From contig OZ219856.1 in NCBI GenBank assembly GCA_964291395.2, forward strand, positions 32,001-96,000: DNA of 64,000 nucleotides, read 5' to 3'. This DNA is from Alphaproteobacteria bacterium. GTDB taxonomy: Bacteria > Pseudomonadota > Alphaproteobacteria > UBA2966. A program made the translations under genes and the position numbers. Numbering within the stretch: position 1 is the first letter of the stretch; each line of letters begins with the position of its first letter. Positions 44,737-54,085 of this stretch are shown here, in pieces. The notes under the pieces are model-generated. The model was not told the DNA's origin. It made no database searches and saw only the letters and a list, made by a program, of their open reading frames with translations.

Positions 44737-45683
44737 CCCGACAACTCTATTCCGGGGGGACCGTGGCCTTTCAGGGCGAGCGGGGCGCCTATTCGGACCT
44801 CGCGTGCCGCCTGAAGTTCCCCGACATGGAGTCCCGTCCCTGTCCGTCCTTCGAGGACGCGTTCGCGGCGGTGGAGAACGAGCGGACGACGCTGGCGATG
44901 ATCCCGATCGAGAACTCGATCGCGAGCCGTGTCGCCGACATCTACTACATGCTGCCCAGGACGCACCTTCACATCGTCGACGAGACGTTCCTGCGCGTGA
45001 ACCACTGCCTGCTGGCTCCGAAGGGCGTCGGCCTGTCCGACCTCAGGACCGTCAGCAGCCACCCGCAGGCCCTGGCGCAGTGCCGCCGCACGATCAGCGA
45101 GCTGGGGCTGGAGCCGGTCAGCACCGTCGACACGGCGGGCGCCGCGCGGCAGGTCTCGGAGGGGAACGACGGGCATGCGGCCGTCATCGCCTCGTCGCTG
45201 GCGGGGCGCATCTACGGCCTCGACTGCCTGCGCACGAACATCGAGGACGCCGAGCACAACATCACGCGGTTCATCGTGCTGTCGCGGGAGTCCGTCGTGC
45301 CCGAACAGGGCGCCGGGCGGGTGGTCACGTCGTTCATGTTCCGCGTCGGCAACGTCCCGGCGGCGCTCTACAAGGCGCTGGGCGGGTTCGCCACGCGCCG
45401 GGTGAACCTCACCAAGCTCGAGAGCTACGTCGTCGGCAGCCGCTTCGAGGTCGCGCGCTTCTACGCGGAGATCGAGGCGCACCGCTACGACCCCGACGTT
45501 CGGGGCGCCTTCGACGAGCTCAGCCTGTTCTCCCCCGAGGTGAAGCTGCTCGGCATCTATCCGGCCCACGAGTATCGCGGCGAAGGGGGCCGGCCGATGT
45601 CCGACCTCGACCCGAACGGTGCCGGCCTCCCGGCGGGGGAGGCCGCGGCGTCCGGCCGGGGCGCCGCCGCCGGCACGGTCTAG
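44733..45683 (+). CDS. pheA: Prephenate dehydratase
   Basis: FQGERGAYS, PIENS, SHPQALAQC, NITRF, ACT domain NLTKLESY. Confidence 0.95.
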   Translation: MTRQLYSGGTVAFQGERGAYSDLACRLKFPDMESRPCPSFEDAFAAVENERTTLAMIPIENSIASRVADIYYMLPRTHLHIVDETFLRVNHCLLAPKGVGLSDLRTVSSHPQALAQCRRTISELGLEPVSTVDTAGAARQVSEGNDGHAAVIASSLAGRIYGLDCLRTNIEDAEHNITRFIVLSRESVVPEQGAGRVVTSFMFRVGNVPAALYKALGGFATRRVNLTKLESYVVGSRFEVARFYAEIEAHRYDPDVRGAFDELSLFSPEVKLLGIYPAHEYRGEGGRPMSDLDPNGAGLPAGEAAASGRGAAAGTV

Positions 45684-46165
45684 CGGCGGAACAGCAGCCG
45701 GTCGAGGGAGATCGGTCCCGGCCCGAGAGCCGCCACGGCGAACAGGATCGCCGCCCAGAACATGTGGGCGCTGACCCAGGCGTCGGGATAGACGAACAGC
45801 TGGATGACCATGGTCATCGTCAGCATGCCGAGCGCGCCGAGCCGCGTGAACAGGCCGACCACCAGCAGAACCGGCAGGATGTGCTCGGCCAGCGCGGTGA
45901 CGTGGGCCATGAGCTCGGGCAGCGGCAGGCCGAACTCCTCGCGGAACAGGAAATACTGGGTGTCGTTGACGGCGAATATGTTCCAGCCCTCGACCTTGGT
46001 GCGGCCGGAACGCCAGAACACCAGCGCCACCGGCAGCCGCAGGGCCAGCAGCGCCGCCGGCCCCAGCCAGCGGGTGGCGGAGTCGGCGGTGCGGTTGCCC
46101 TGATCGATCAGCGGCGCCAGTCTGCTCCACGCGCCGCCGCCGGCCTTCCGTTCGACATCGTTCAC
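45680..46165 (-). CDS. DoxX-family membrane protein (BufD-like)
   Basis: VFWRSGRTK, LFREEF, EHILPVLLVVGLFTRLGA, IQLFVYP.AW..H..W. Confidence 0.88.
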   Translation of the reverse strand: MNDVERKAGGGAWSRLAPLIDQGNRTADSATRWLGPAALLALRLPVALVFWRSGRTKVEGWNIFAVNDTQYFLFREEFGLPLPELMAHVTALAEHILPVLLVVGLFTRLGALGMLTMTMVIQLFVYPDAWVSAHMFWAAILFAVAALGPGPISLDRLLFRR

Positions 46166-46947
46166 GTCGGTTCTCCTTCGCTCGGTTCGGGGGCGCCGCC
46201 GCGGAAGGCGCCGGCGACCAGCAGGTCCCTGAACGCCGGGACGACGTCGAAACCTTGGTCGAGCGCCGCCGCCGCCGCGTGCGCGGCCGCCAGGTCGCCG
46301 CCGCCGAGCAGGGTCTCGGCGAAGGCGCATTGCCCCGGCGTCAGCGGCGCGACCGCGACGGCATGGCCGGGCCGCAGCACCAGCGCGCCGGCCGCCCCGG
46401 TGGTGAAGACGAGATTGCCGGCCGGCGCCGCGTCTCCGCTGTTGGCGTGCCAGATGTCGGCGACGGGATACGCCGAGCGGACCAGCCGGGTCGCCGGGTG
46501 CGGCGTCAGCCGCGCCGCCGCGAGTCCGTCGCCGAGCGCCGTCAGCGCGGCCGGGTCGAGCGCCGCCGCGTCGGCGGCGTGGCGCGCCTCCAGGACCGCC
46601 CGCTCGAGCCGGGCGACGTCGGCGAGGTAGGGCAGTTCGCGCGCCGGCGCGAAGCCCGCGACGAAGTCGGCGAACTCGCCGCCGTAGAGATTGAGCGTGC
46701 GTTCCCGCGCCGGCCGGTCGGCGACGTAGACGCGGGCGATCCGGTCGAAGAACGGCGCGCCGACGAGCCGCAGGACCACCGGATAGGCCGCCGCCAGGGC
46801 CTCGATCAGCGCCACGCGCACGTTGTTGCGATAGACGCGGAAGCGCCGCGCGGCGGCGCCGGAGAAGCCGGCCGGCACGGCGTCCGGCGACGGGTCGCGC
46901 AAGGCCGCCGCGAAGTCCGACTGCAGGGCCGCGGGCGACGTGTCCAT
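46162..46947 (-). CDS. DUF2063 MNIO partner protein (BufC-like)
   Basis: Q..FAAAL, RFRVYRNNV, YGGEFADF, YLADVARLE...HAAD. Confidence 0.88.
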   Translation of the reverse strand: MDTSPAALQSDFAAALRDPSPDAVPAGFSGAAARRFRVYRNNVRVALIEALAAAYPVVLRLVGAPFFDRIARVYVADRPARERTLNLYGGEFADFVAGFAPARELPYLADVARLERAVLEARHAADAAALDPAALTALGDGLAAARLTPHPATRLVRSAYPVADIWHANSGDAAPAGNLVFTTGAAGALVLRPGHAVAVAPLTPGQCAFAETLLGGGDLAAAHAAAAALDQGFDVVPAFRDLLVAGAFRGGAPEPSEGEPT

Positions 46948-46957
46948 GTCCTCCGCC

Positions 46958-47833
46958 TCACGCGGCCGCGGGCGCGGCGAGACGGGCCAGGCGGGTTTCG
47001 GCCTTCGTCGCCTCGGCGTGCAGCACGTCCCAGGCGGGAACGTCCCGGTCCCATTCGATCAGGGTGGGCCGCGCGCCGACGCGGCCGATCAGCCGCTCGT
47101 AGAGCCGCCAGACGGCGTCGTCGACCGCCGCGCCGTGACTGTCGATCAGCAGGCGCTCGCCGCCGGCGTCGTCGACCGCGAACCCGGCGAGGTGGATCTC
47201 GCCGATCAGGTCGCCGGGAATGGCGTCGACGTAGGCTTCGGCGTCGAGGCCGATGTTGGCCGCGCTGACGTGGACGTTGTTGACGTCGACGAGAAGGCCG
47301 CAGCCGGTCCGCCGGGCCGCTTCGGCGACGAACGCCGCCTCGTCCGTCCCGCGGTCGGGCGGCGCCAGGTAGCTGGCCGGGTTCTCGATCAGGATCGGCC
47401 GCCCGAGGGCGTCGTGCGTCTCGTCGATGTTGTCGCACAGGAGGTCCAGTCCGGCCCGGCCGAGGCTCGGCGGCAGCAGGTCGGCGAACCAGACGCCGTC
47501 GCGCGCCGACCAGGCGATGTGCTCGGAGACGAGTCCCGGCTGGAACCGCTCCACGAGCGCGCGCAATGCCGCCAGGTGGCCGCGGTCGACCCGTTCGGCG
47601 CCGCCCAGCGACAGGCCGACGCCGTGCAGCGACAGCGGATAGGCGCCGCGCAGCGCCTCGAGCGCGGCGAGCCGGGGTCCGCCGGCGACCATGTAGTTCT
47701 CGGGATGGACCTCGAACCATCCGATGTCCGGCCGGTCCTCGCGGACCGTCTCGGCGTGCTCGTCCTTGAAGCTGGCGCCGGCTCGCGGCGGCAGCGGCGG
47801 AGAGGAGGCGGAAAAGGGAGACGAGGCCGGCAT
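46958..47833 (-). CDS. DUF692 multinuclear non-heme iron oxidase (MNIO, BufB-like)
   Basis: WFEVHPENYM, SLHGVGLSLG, SEHIAWS, LIENPASY, LLVDVNNVHVS, EIHLAG, IDSHG, LIEWD. Confidence 0.95.
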   Translation of the reverse strand: MPASSPFSASSPPLPPRAGASFKDEHAETVREDRPDIGWFEVHPENYMVAGGPRLAALEALRGAYPLSLHGVGLSLGGAERVDRGHLAALRALVERFQPGLVSEHIAWSARDGVWFADLLPPSLGRAGLDLLCDNIDETHDALGRPILIENPASYLAPPDRGTDEAAFVAEAARRTGCGLLVDVNNVHVSAANIGLDAEAYVDAIPGDLIGEIHLAGFAVDDAGGERLLIDSHGAAVDDAVWRLYERLIGRVGARPTLIEWDRDVPAWDVLHAEATKAETRLARLAAPAAA

Positions 47834-47856
47834 GGCGGGCGGGCGCCCCCGTCCGG

Positions 47857-47886
47857 CCGCCGCCGGGCGCCGGGCCCGGGCGGCGG
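47857..47886. other. GC-rich stem-loop between the RiPP precursor and MNIO genes
   Basis: CCGCCGCC-GGGC-(GCCGG)-GCCC-G-GGCGGCGG; no U-tract. Confidence 0.55.
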
Positions 47887-47902
47887 GTCGAACGGTCGCC
47901 GA

Positions 47903-48205
47903 TCAGCCCTTCGGCAGGTCGCGGTCGAGCTCGGTCAGGCTGCCCTTGACCGTGCGGCCGTCGGTGGTCTCGAAGGTCATCGACTCGCAGGTGCCCGAGG
48001 GGACGAGCGTCCAGGCGTTGCCCTGGTAGTCGACGGTCGAGCTGCCGGCGCAGGTCGTGCCGGGTCCCGCCTTGCAGTCGTTCTTGCCGGCCATCGAGAC
48101 GCCGTAGCACTTGACCTTTTCCTCGCCTGCGGCCGCCATGTCGACGGTCGCGATGTTGGCGGCGGCCAGCAGCGCCGACGCCAGGAACAGCGGGGTCTTG
48201 TTCAT
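47903..48205 (-). CDS. DUF2282 bufferin-1-type precursor peptide (BufA1-like)
   Basis: Sec signal plus four Cys: [23 protein letters not shown]...WTLVPSGTC; GGAG SD upstream. Confidence 0.92.
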   Translation of the reverse strand: MNKTPLFLASALLAAANIATVDMAAAGEEKVKCYGVSMAGKNDCKAGPGTTCAGSSTVDYQGNAWTLVPSGTCESMTFETTDGRTVKGSLTELDRDLPKG

Positions 48206-48478
48206 CGAAGAATCTCCTTCTCTTGGTCCGGTACGGAAGCTCGCACCCTGTCGTCCAGTGTACAGAGGCATCGCCGACTCCAATATGGGAATTCCCGCCC
48301 GGAACATCACGACGCCTGACAATATCGTGATCGGGATCGTGATCGGGCCGCCGGAGGTTTTTCGTTCGGGCCGGATCGCGGCGCCGGCACCCCGCCCAAC
48401 CCGGGGAACGAAGCGAGACAAGCCGGGACTAGCCGAGACTAGGCGTGATGAGACCGCGTCACGGGGGGTGCCTTGCTC

Positions 48479-48507
48479 TTGCGATTACTACCCCAATGGG
48501 GTATATG
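48479..48507 (+). promoter_or_regulatory. Sigma70-like promoter with palindromic operator
   Basis: TTGCGA-N17-TATATG; perfect palindrome TACCCCA-A-TGGGGTA (48489-48503) across the spacer, upstream of the HTH antitoxin. Confidence 0.6.
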
Positions 48508-48517
48508 GGTCCCGGCA

Positions 48518-48799
48518 ATGAGCACGTTCGGCGAAGACCCGATCCGGTCCCTCGGAGAGGCCGTGGCGCAGGCGCAGGGCAGGGGCCCCGCGACTCTTCA
48601 CGCTTCCGCGACCCCCCGCGAGATTCGCAAGCGGAGCAGGCTCACGCAGGCGCAGATGGCCTCTCTGCTGGGCATGAGCCTGTCCGGCTACCGGAAATGG
48701 GAGCAGGGGACCCGTCGGGTCAGCGGCCCGGCTGCGGCGCTCCTGCGCGTGATCCAGAAAGAGCCGGAGGCCGTCCGCCGGGCGTTGCTCTCGGCATGA
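48518..48799 (+). CDS. Orphan XRE-HTH (HigA-like) antitoxin
   Basis: FGEDPIRSLGEAV...REIRKRSRLTQAQMA...YRKWEQG.R..SGPAAALLRVI..EPEAV. Confidence 0.82.
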   Translation: MSTFGEDPIRSLGEAVAQAQGRGPATLHASATPREIRKRSRLTQAQMASLLGMSLSGYRKWEQGTRRVSGPAAALLRVIQKEPEAVRRALLSA

Positions 48800-48900
48800 G
48801 AAGGTCGAAGGCCGCCGGAGGTTTTTCGTTCGTGCCGGACGATTTCGACGGCATGGGCGCCGCGGAGATCCGAGCCATGTTCTCGGGTGGCAACGGCTGA
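48796..48900 (+). pseudogene. Remnant resembling the C-terminus of a Phd/VapB antitoxin
   Basis: FVPDDFDGMGAAEIRAMFSG resembles the VPDDFD...EI..MF tail of prevent-host-death antitoxins. Confidence 0.45.
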
Positions 48901-48905
48901 CCGAC

Positions 48906-49301
48906 TCAGCCGGGATTTGCCGCAAAGTCCACGGCAAACGGGGCGGAATGGGGTGAGGTACCCACACCCCGCAGGATTCTTCCCAAGACATCCGACGGCA
49001 TTGGCGCTTCCTGTACCGCGGCACCGCTTTCCAGCATCTTGATCACGTGGGCCTCTGACCGCAGGAACATTCGGCTGTAGTCCACACAGCTTGGGTGCTT
49101 TATGAACGGATGGTCGCCGACCTGGATAACGCATGTGAGGTCGCACCGTCTGCGCTGCGTTATGATGGGGACGACCAGCACCATGCGCCCCACAGCGAGG
49201 TCCGGGTCGGTCAGTACGACGGTGAGATGTAGTTTGTCGGGGTTGGTATGTGTGCCGGGGTACTGGAACGTCGCGCCTGGAACAAGCCGCCCGCTAGCCA
49301 T
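48906..49301 (-). CDS. Putative toxin partner of the Panacea antitoxin (possibly PemK/MazF-like fold)
   Basis: 131 aa, overlaps the DUF4065 stop; HLTVVLTDP...VLVVPIIT...TCVIQVGDHPFIKHPSCVDY. Confidence 0.6.
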   Translation of the reverse strand: MASGRLVPGATFQYPGTHTNPDKLHLTVVLTDPDLAVGRMVLVVPIITQRRRCDLTCVIQVGDHPFIKHPSCVDYSRMFLRSEAHVIKMLESGAAVQEAPMPSDVLGRILRGVGTSPHSAPFAVDFAANPG

Positions 49302-49881
49302 GCGCCGCCGAGAGTTCGTCTACCGCCCGCGCGGCAGCCACTTCTTGGGCAAGACCGACGGCGTCTTCGGCCCCGAGGGCCTCGAACAGCTCTTGATATG
49401 AGATGGGATCGCTCCCTCCGGCAACTTCCTTGTACTCGGGACAGTTCGCATGGGTGTAGTTCCGCAGTTGCGCAGGTGTGTGGCCGCCAAACCGCTTCCA
49501 GACGATCTGGAGGACTTTGAACTCCGCTTTGCTGACATGGTCCAGGTCTGCTCGTCCCACCGCCCTCGATGCCACGATGGTGTCCCGGCCGTGGCGCCGT
49601 ATGTAACCGTCCCACAGCGCAGGGTCGCCGGTGCCCTCCATTCCGCCCAGCGCTCCCGAGCACACGGGGCCGTGCTCCAGAGAGTAGAGGTCGTCATGGA
49701 GCATGGGCTGGTGGTGGTCCATGAGGAACCGTCTTTCCGCCAGATAGACGAGCTTGGAGAGTTTGAGCTTGTCGATCCGTCCACCTGCCCGGGTAGCGAA
49801 ATAGGCGCAGATCTGCGCCGCCTTGCGGGCGCGGAAGCCCGCAGGAGGCTGTCCTCCAGGATTTGCTGGCTTTCGTGTCAT
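49294..49881 (-). CDS. Panacea-domain (DUF4065/SocA-like) antitoxin
   Basis: KLKLSKLVYLAER, YSLEHGPV, QLRNYTHANCPEY, ISYQELF. Confidence 0.85.
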   Translation of the reverse strand: MTRKPANPGGQPPAGFRARKAAQICAYFATRAGGRIDKLKLSKLVYLAERRFLMDHHQPMLHDDLYSLEHGPVCSGALGGMEGTGDPALWDGYIRRHGRDTIVASRAVGRADLDHVSKAEFKVLQIVWKRFGGHTPAQLRNYTHANCPEYKEVAGGSDPISYQELFEALGAEDAVGLAQEVAAARAVDELSAAHG

Positions 49882-50046
49882 GCTGGCCGATCTCCCGGTG
49901 TCCGACACCACAATTGGGTATTGCGCCGCGCCGCGCAAGGGAATTGTCGCCGACCGATCGACCCGGAACGAGCGGTGTGAAGGCCTTGTGGCCTGCTCGG
50001 CGCATCGTCGCCGGCCATGTTGCATCGATTCCCCGGCGCCCGCCGC

Positions 50047-51477
50047 TCAGGCCGCGGGTTCCGGCCGCTCGTCCAGGAAGTGCGCGATCGAGTTGGCGTA
50101 GTACCGCAGCAATTCGCGCTCGGCGCCGTTCGCGCGGTAGAGGCCCCCGGTCTCCTCGACCAGGTGCCGCAGCGTCAGCATCCGCAGGCCGACCGTGACC
50201 GCGTAGTCGTGGTCGGCGCGCGGTATGTGGACGTAGGCGCCGCGCCGCCTCAGCTCGTCGATCAGCGCCTGGGCCTCGGCCTTCACCTCGAGGCCGCTCA
50301 TGGCGTCGCTCCGGCGGACGAACACCGTCGCCACCAGCGGGACCGGCAGCACCGGGACCGCCGCGGCGATCGCCTCGAGCAGCTCGCCGCCCAGCCGCTC
50401 CACCGCCTCCCGCCGGGCGTCCCGCTCGAGGGTGCGGAAGTCGGTCTTCCGGCGCCGGGCGTAGCGCCGCATCGAGATCGGCGCGCCGAAATTCACGCAG
50501 GCGTAGCCGAAGCGGTACCAGCGCCGCCTCAGCATGAGGCCGGCGTTGCGGGCGGCGAACCCGAGCAGCGTCGCGACGGCGAACGTCCTGCCGCGCGGGG
50601 CGGCGTCCGGGTCGAGCGCGCGCAGCAGCGACCGGTCCTCCGGCACGCGGTCGTAGTTGAGCCCGACCGGGACGAACACGAGGTCGCGCTCGCCGTCGGG
50701 GTCGAACGACGAGAGCATGTAGCTGATGAGCCCGAGCTTGGGCTCGCGCAGCCGCCCGTCGCGGCTCAGGCCGCCCTCCGGGAAGACGGCCTGGACGATG
50801 CCGCCGGCCGTCGCCGCCTGGACGTAGCGTGCCAGCACCTGGCGGTAGAGGGGATTGCCCGAGTCCCGGCGCACGAAGTAGGCGCCGAGCGACCGGATCA
50901 GCGTCCTCAGCGGCCAGATCCGCGCCCACTCGCCGACGGCGTAGCTGAGCGCCGAACGCTTCGCCGCCATGTACGCGACGACGACGTAGTCCATGTTGCT
51001 GCGGTGGTTCATGACGAAGACGACGCTCGCCCCCGGGTCGATCGCGGCCAGCGCCTCGTCGTCGGCGTATCCCAGGCGCAGCCGGTAGAGGAGCTGGACG
51101 GTGCGCCGCGCCAGGAAGTAGCCGATGCGGAAATAGGCGTAGGCGTTGAACGACGGGACGATCTCGCGCGCGTAGCGCCGGACCTCGCCGATCAGCGCCT
51201 CCCGCGGCAGGTCCGACGCTTCCGCCCGCGCTTCGACGGCCTGCATCACCACGGGGTCGTACGTCAGCCGGTCGACGAGGACCTGGCGCCTCGTCTGCTG
51301 GAACGCCGGGATCCGCAGGTGCAGGCGCGTGTTCAGCTCGTCGATCGCGCGGTTGGCCCGCCGGCGCAGGAACCAGCGGGCGCCCGGGACGAGAAGCCTG
51401 TCCAGCAGCGCCCACGCCGCCAGGGCGCCGGCCGGGGCCGCCAGCCAGATCGGCAGCGAGATGGGCTCCGTCATCAT
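50047..51477 (-). CDS. Glycerol-3-phosphate/lysophospholipid acyltransferase (PlsB-like)
   Basis: NHRSNMDY (HxxxxD), GAYFVRR, FPEGGLSRDG, VPVGLNYDRV. Confidence 0.88.
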   Translation of the reverse strand: MMTEPISLPIWLAAPAGALAAWALLDRLLVPGARWFLRRRANRAIDELNTRLHLRIPAFQQTRRQVLVDRLTYDPVVMQAVEARAEASDLPREALIGEVRRYAREIVPSFNAYAYFRIGYFLARRTVQLLYRLRLGYADDEALAAIDPGASVVFVMNHRSNMDYVVVAYMAAKRSALSYAVGEWARIWPLRTLIRSLGAYFVRRDSGNPLYRQVLARYVQAATAGGIVQAVFPEGGLSRDGRLREPKLGLISYMLSSFDPDGERDLVFVPVGLNYDRVPEDRSLLRALDPDAAPRGRTFAVATLLGFAARNAGLMLRRRWYRFGYACVNFGAPISMRRYARRRKTDFRTLERDARREAVERLGGELLEAIAAAVPVLPVPLVATVFVRRSDAMSGLEVKAEAQALIDELRRRGAYVHIPRADHDYAVTVGLRMLTLRHLVEETGGLYRANGAERELLRYYANSIAHFLDERPEPAA

Positions 51478-51585
51478 CGTCGTTCGGCGCGGGATGTCGA
51501 CCCTTTATACTCGAACGCGGCCGATGTGTTGATGCGCCGGCCGGCGCCGGCCGACCGAGATGGGACCCGCGAGAGTTCAGCGCCC

Positions 51586-53946
51586 GTGAAGACGCCGCTC
51601 CACGCCCTGGTTCTCTGCGTCCTCTTCGCGATGGCGGGCTGCGGCGGCGGGGGCGGAGATCTTCGATCCGAGCCGGCCCCGCAGGAGGAAGGGGAAGTGC
51701 CCTCCCTGCCGCCCGTGTCCTGCATCCGGACGGCGCTGGGCTGCATCTCCCCGGCGCAGTACCGGCAGGAGCGCCAGGCCATCGAGGACGGGCACGCCGG
51801 CGCGGACGGTTTCAGGAACCAGTGGGGGCTGGGCGCCATCCGGGCGGACCGCGCCTGGGCGCAGCTCGAGCTGGAGCACGGCGGCGGCACGGCGCCGGGC
51901 GCCGGCGTCACGGTCGGCGTCGTCGACACCGGCATCGACGCCGGGCACCCGGTGTTCGCGGGCAAGACGGTGAGCGAGGAGTTTCTCGGCGGGGCGCCGG
52001 ACGAGACCGGCGACAGGAGGTCCCACGGCACCGCCGTGGCGGGCGTGATCGCGGCGCGGCCGGACGCCTCGTTCACCGGCGCGGTGGATGCGGCGCCCGG
52101 CGTCGCCTGGGGCGCCGACCTCGCGGTGTTCGCGGTCCGCACCGGGGAGAGCGGCGGCGTCTACGTCCCGATATCGCTGTCGGGCCTCGGCGGCGGCGAC
52201 GATCGCTGGGCCTCCCGGGCCCGTCACGTCGTCGACTGGCGGCGCGGCGGCCGGACCCTCGACTTCGTGAACATGAGCGTCGGCTTCCACGGCATCATCG
52301 ACCAGTACGGCGAGCGGCAGCTCCGCGACGGTTTCGGCGGCGTGATCGCCGCCCTCGCCCAGCCGGGCGCGGCCGACAAGACCGTTTTCGTCTGGGCCGC
52401 CGGCAACGCCCATGGGGACCCCTGCGAGGCGGCCGACTTCGCGGCCGACCCGGACCTCTGCGTCGAGGCCGTCGAGGGCGGCCAGACCGTGCGCCGCGTC
52501 GACGCCAGGTCGGTCGAGGTCATGCCCGGCCTGCCGGCGCGCATCGCCGAGCTGCGCGGGCACCTGATCGCCGTCGTGGCCGTGGCTCCCGACGGCGACG
52601 GCGACGGGGACTACGAGATCGCCCCCTTCTCCAACCGCTGCGGCATCGCCAGGGAGTGGTGCCTGGCGGCCCCCGGGGCGGCGGTCCGGGTGGCCTATTT
52701 CGGCCCCGACCCCGACGACGGGAGTCCGGGCGCCCGGGGCGCCGCGACGTTTAGCGGCACGTCCTTCGCCGCGCCGATGGTGACCGGCGGGCTCGCCGTG
52801 ATGAAGCAGTTCTTCCGCGGCCAGCTCTCGAACGTGGACCTGGCCGCGCGCCTCCTGGAGACGGCCGACAGGCGGGGCGTCTACGCCGACGGCGACACCT
52901 ACGGCCGGGGCCTGATGGACCTCGCCGCGGCGACGGCGCCGGTGGGCGACGCCGTGATCGCCGGCGGCGGACGGGTGGACCGCTCCGGCGCCGCCGTGGC
53001 CGCGACCCGCCTCGTCGCGGGCCCGGCCCTCGGCGACGGGCCGGCGCGGGCCCTGGCCGGACGGGAGGTCGCCGCCTTCGACGCCCTGGGGGCGCCGTTC
53101 TGGTTCTCCCTCGGCGATCTCGCCGGCGCCGCGCTCGGCCCCTCCGTGGCCGCGCGGCTCCGAGCCTTCATGGCGCCTTCGCGGGAGGATCGGGAGTCGG
53201 GGCCGGACGGCCTGCGGATCGGGCTGCTGGAGGAGCCTTCCGCGGACGCCGGCGGCGGCCACCTCTCCCTCGCCGGACGGGCCCTCGCCGTGCGCGCGGC
53301 GGCGCCGGGCGGCCTCGGCCTCGCGGTGTTCTCGAACCGGGGCCTGCGCGGACGGTCCCCGGCGTCGGGCGCGCTGCTGTCGTGGGTGCCGTCCGGAGCG
53401 CCGGTCGGCGTGCGCGGCGGCCTGGTGGCGGAGCGCGAGACCCTTTTCGGCAGCAGGGCGGCCGGCGCCTTCGGCCGTCTGTCCGCCGGCTCCGCCTTCG
53501 CCGGCGTCGACGGCAGCGCCCGCGTCGGCGCCTGGCGGCTCGCCGCCGGCGCCGAGGTCGGCATGGCGGCCGCGGCCGCGGCCGACGGCATTCTCGCCGG
53601 CCTCTCGCCGCTCTTCAGCAGCGCCTTCGCGCTCCGGGCGGAGCGGCCGACGGCCGGCGCGGGCTCGCTGCTGCTCTCGGTGTCCCAGCCGCTGCGCGTC
53701 GAGGCCGGCCGCGCCCGGTTCTCGGTCCCGGTCGGCCGCACGACGGACGGCCGGGTGCTGCGCCGGTCGCTGGCGGCCGATCTCGCCCCCTCGGGCCGCC
53801 AGGTCGAGGTCGCGGCCCGGTGGCGCCGCCCCCTCGCGGCCGGCGGGGAGGTCCGCCTCGGCGCGAGCTGGACCCGGCAGCCGGGCCACGCGGCGTCGGC
53901 GGATGCCGACGTCTCCCTGTTCGCCGGCTGGCGCCGCGCCTTCTGA
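51586..53946 (+). CDS. Lipoprotein S8 subtilisin-like serine protease with probable C-terminal beta-barrel (autotransporter-like)
   Basis: Lipobox MAGC followed by GGGGG; catalytic triad VVDTG, HGTAVAG, GTSFAAP; AAGN oxyanion motif; YGRGLMDL; beta-strand-rich C-terminus ending in F. Confidence 0.85.
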   Translation: MKTPLHALVLCVLFAMAGCGGGGGDLRSEPAPQEEGEVPSLPPVSCIRTALGCISPAQYRQERQAIEDGHAGADGFRNQWGLGAIRADRAWAQLELEHGGGTAPGAGVTVGVVDTGIDAGHPVFAGKTVSEEFLGGAPDETGDRRSHGTAVAGVIAARPDASFTGAVDAAPGVAWGADLAVFAVRTGESGGVYVPISLSGLGGGDDRWASRARHVVDWRRGGRTLDFVNMSVGFHGIIDQYGERQLRDGFGGVIAALAQPGAADKTVFVWAAGNAHGDPCEAADFAADPDLCVEAVEGGQTVRRVDARSVEVMPGLPARIAELRGHLIAVVAVAPDGDGDGDYEIAPFSNRCGIAREWCLAAPGAAVRVAYFGPDPDDGSPGARGAATFSGTSFAAPMVTGGLAVMKQFFRGQLSNVDLAARLLETADRRGVYADGDTYGRGLMDLAAATAPVGDAVIAGGGRVDRSGAAVAATRLVAGPALGDGPARALAGREVAAFDALGAPFWFSLGDLAGAALGPSVAARLRAFMAPSREDRESGPDGLRIGLLEEPSADAGGGHLSLAGRALAVRAAAPGGLGLAVFSNRGLRGRSPASGALLSWVPSGAPVGVRGGLVAERETLFGSRAAGAFGRLSAGSAFAGVDGSARVGAWRLAAGAEVGMAAAAAADGILAGLSPLFSSAFALRAERPTAGAGSLLLSVSQPLRVEAGRARFSVPVGRTTDGRVLRRSLAADLAPSGRQVEVAARWRRPLAAGGEVRLGASWTRQPGHAASADADVSLFAGWRRAF

Positions 53947-53970
53947 GGCCTTGGTCGCCACTCCGCGAGG

Positions 53971-54085
53971 GCCGGCGCCCGGCGCCGAGCGCGCCGGCAT
54001 GGGCGCCGGTGTCGAAGGCGCCCCGTGTCCCGGCATGGCCGGGGCCTTTCCCTCTCCGTGCGGGCGGCGCGCCGGCTTCGACGTC
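53971..54085. repeat. REP-like GC-rich palindromic repeat (copy 1)
   Basis: Stem GCCGGCGCCC...GGGCGCCGG; shares CGCGCCGGCATGGGCGCCGG and GCGCCGGCTTCGACGTC with 61915-61958. Confidence 0.5.

Noticed and set aside
50017-51585. N-terminal extension of the 1309-aa S8 ORF
   Set aside because: It is the antisense shadow of the acyltransferase; the lipoprotein signal begins at 51586.
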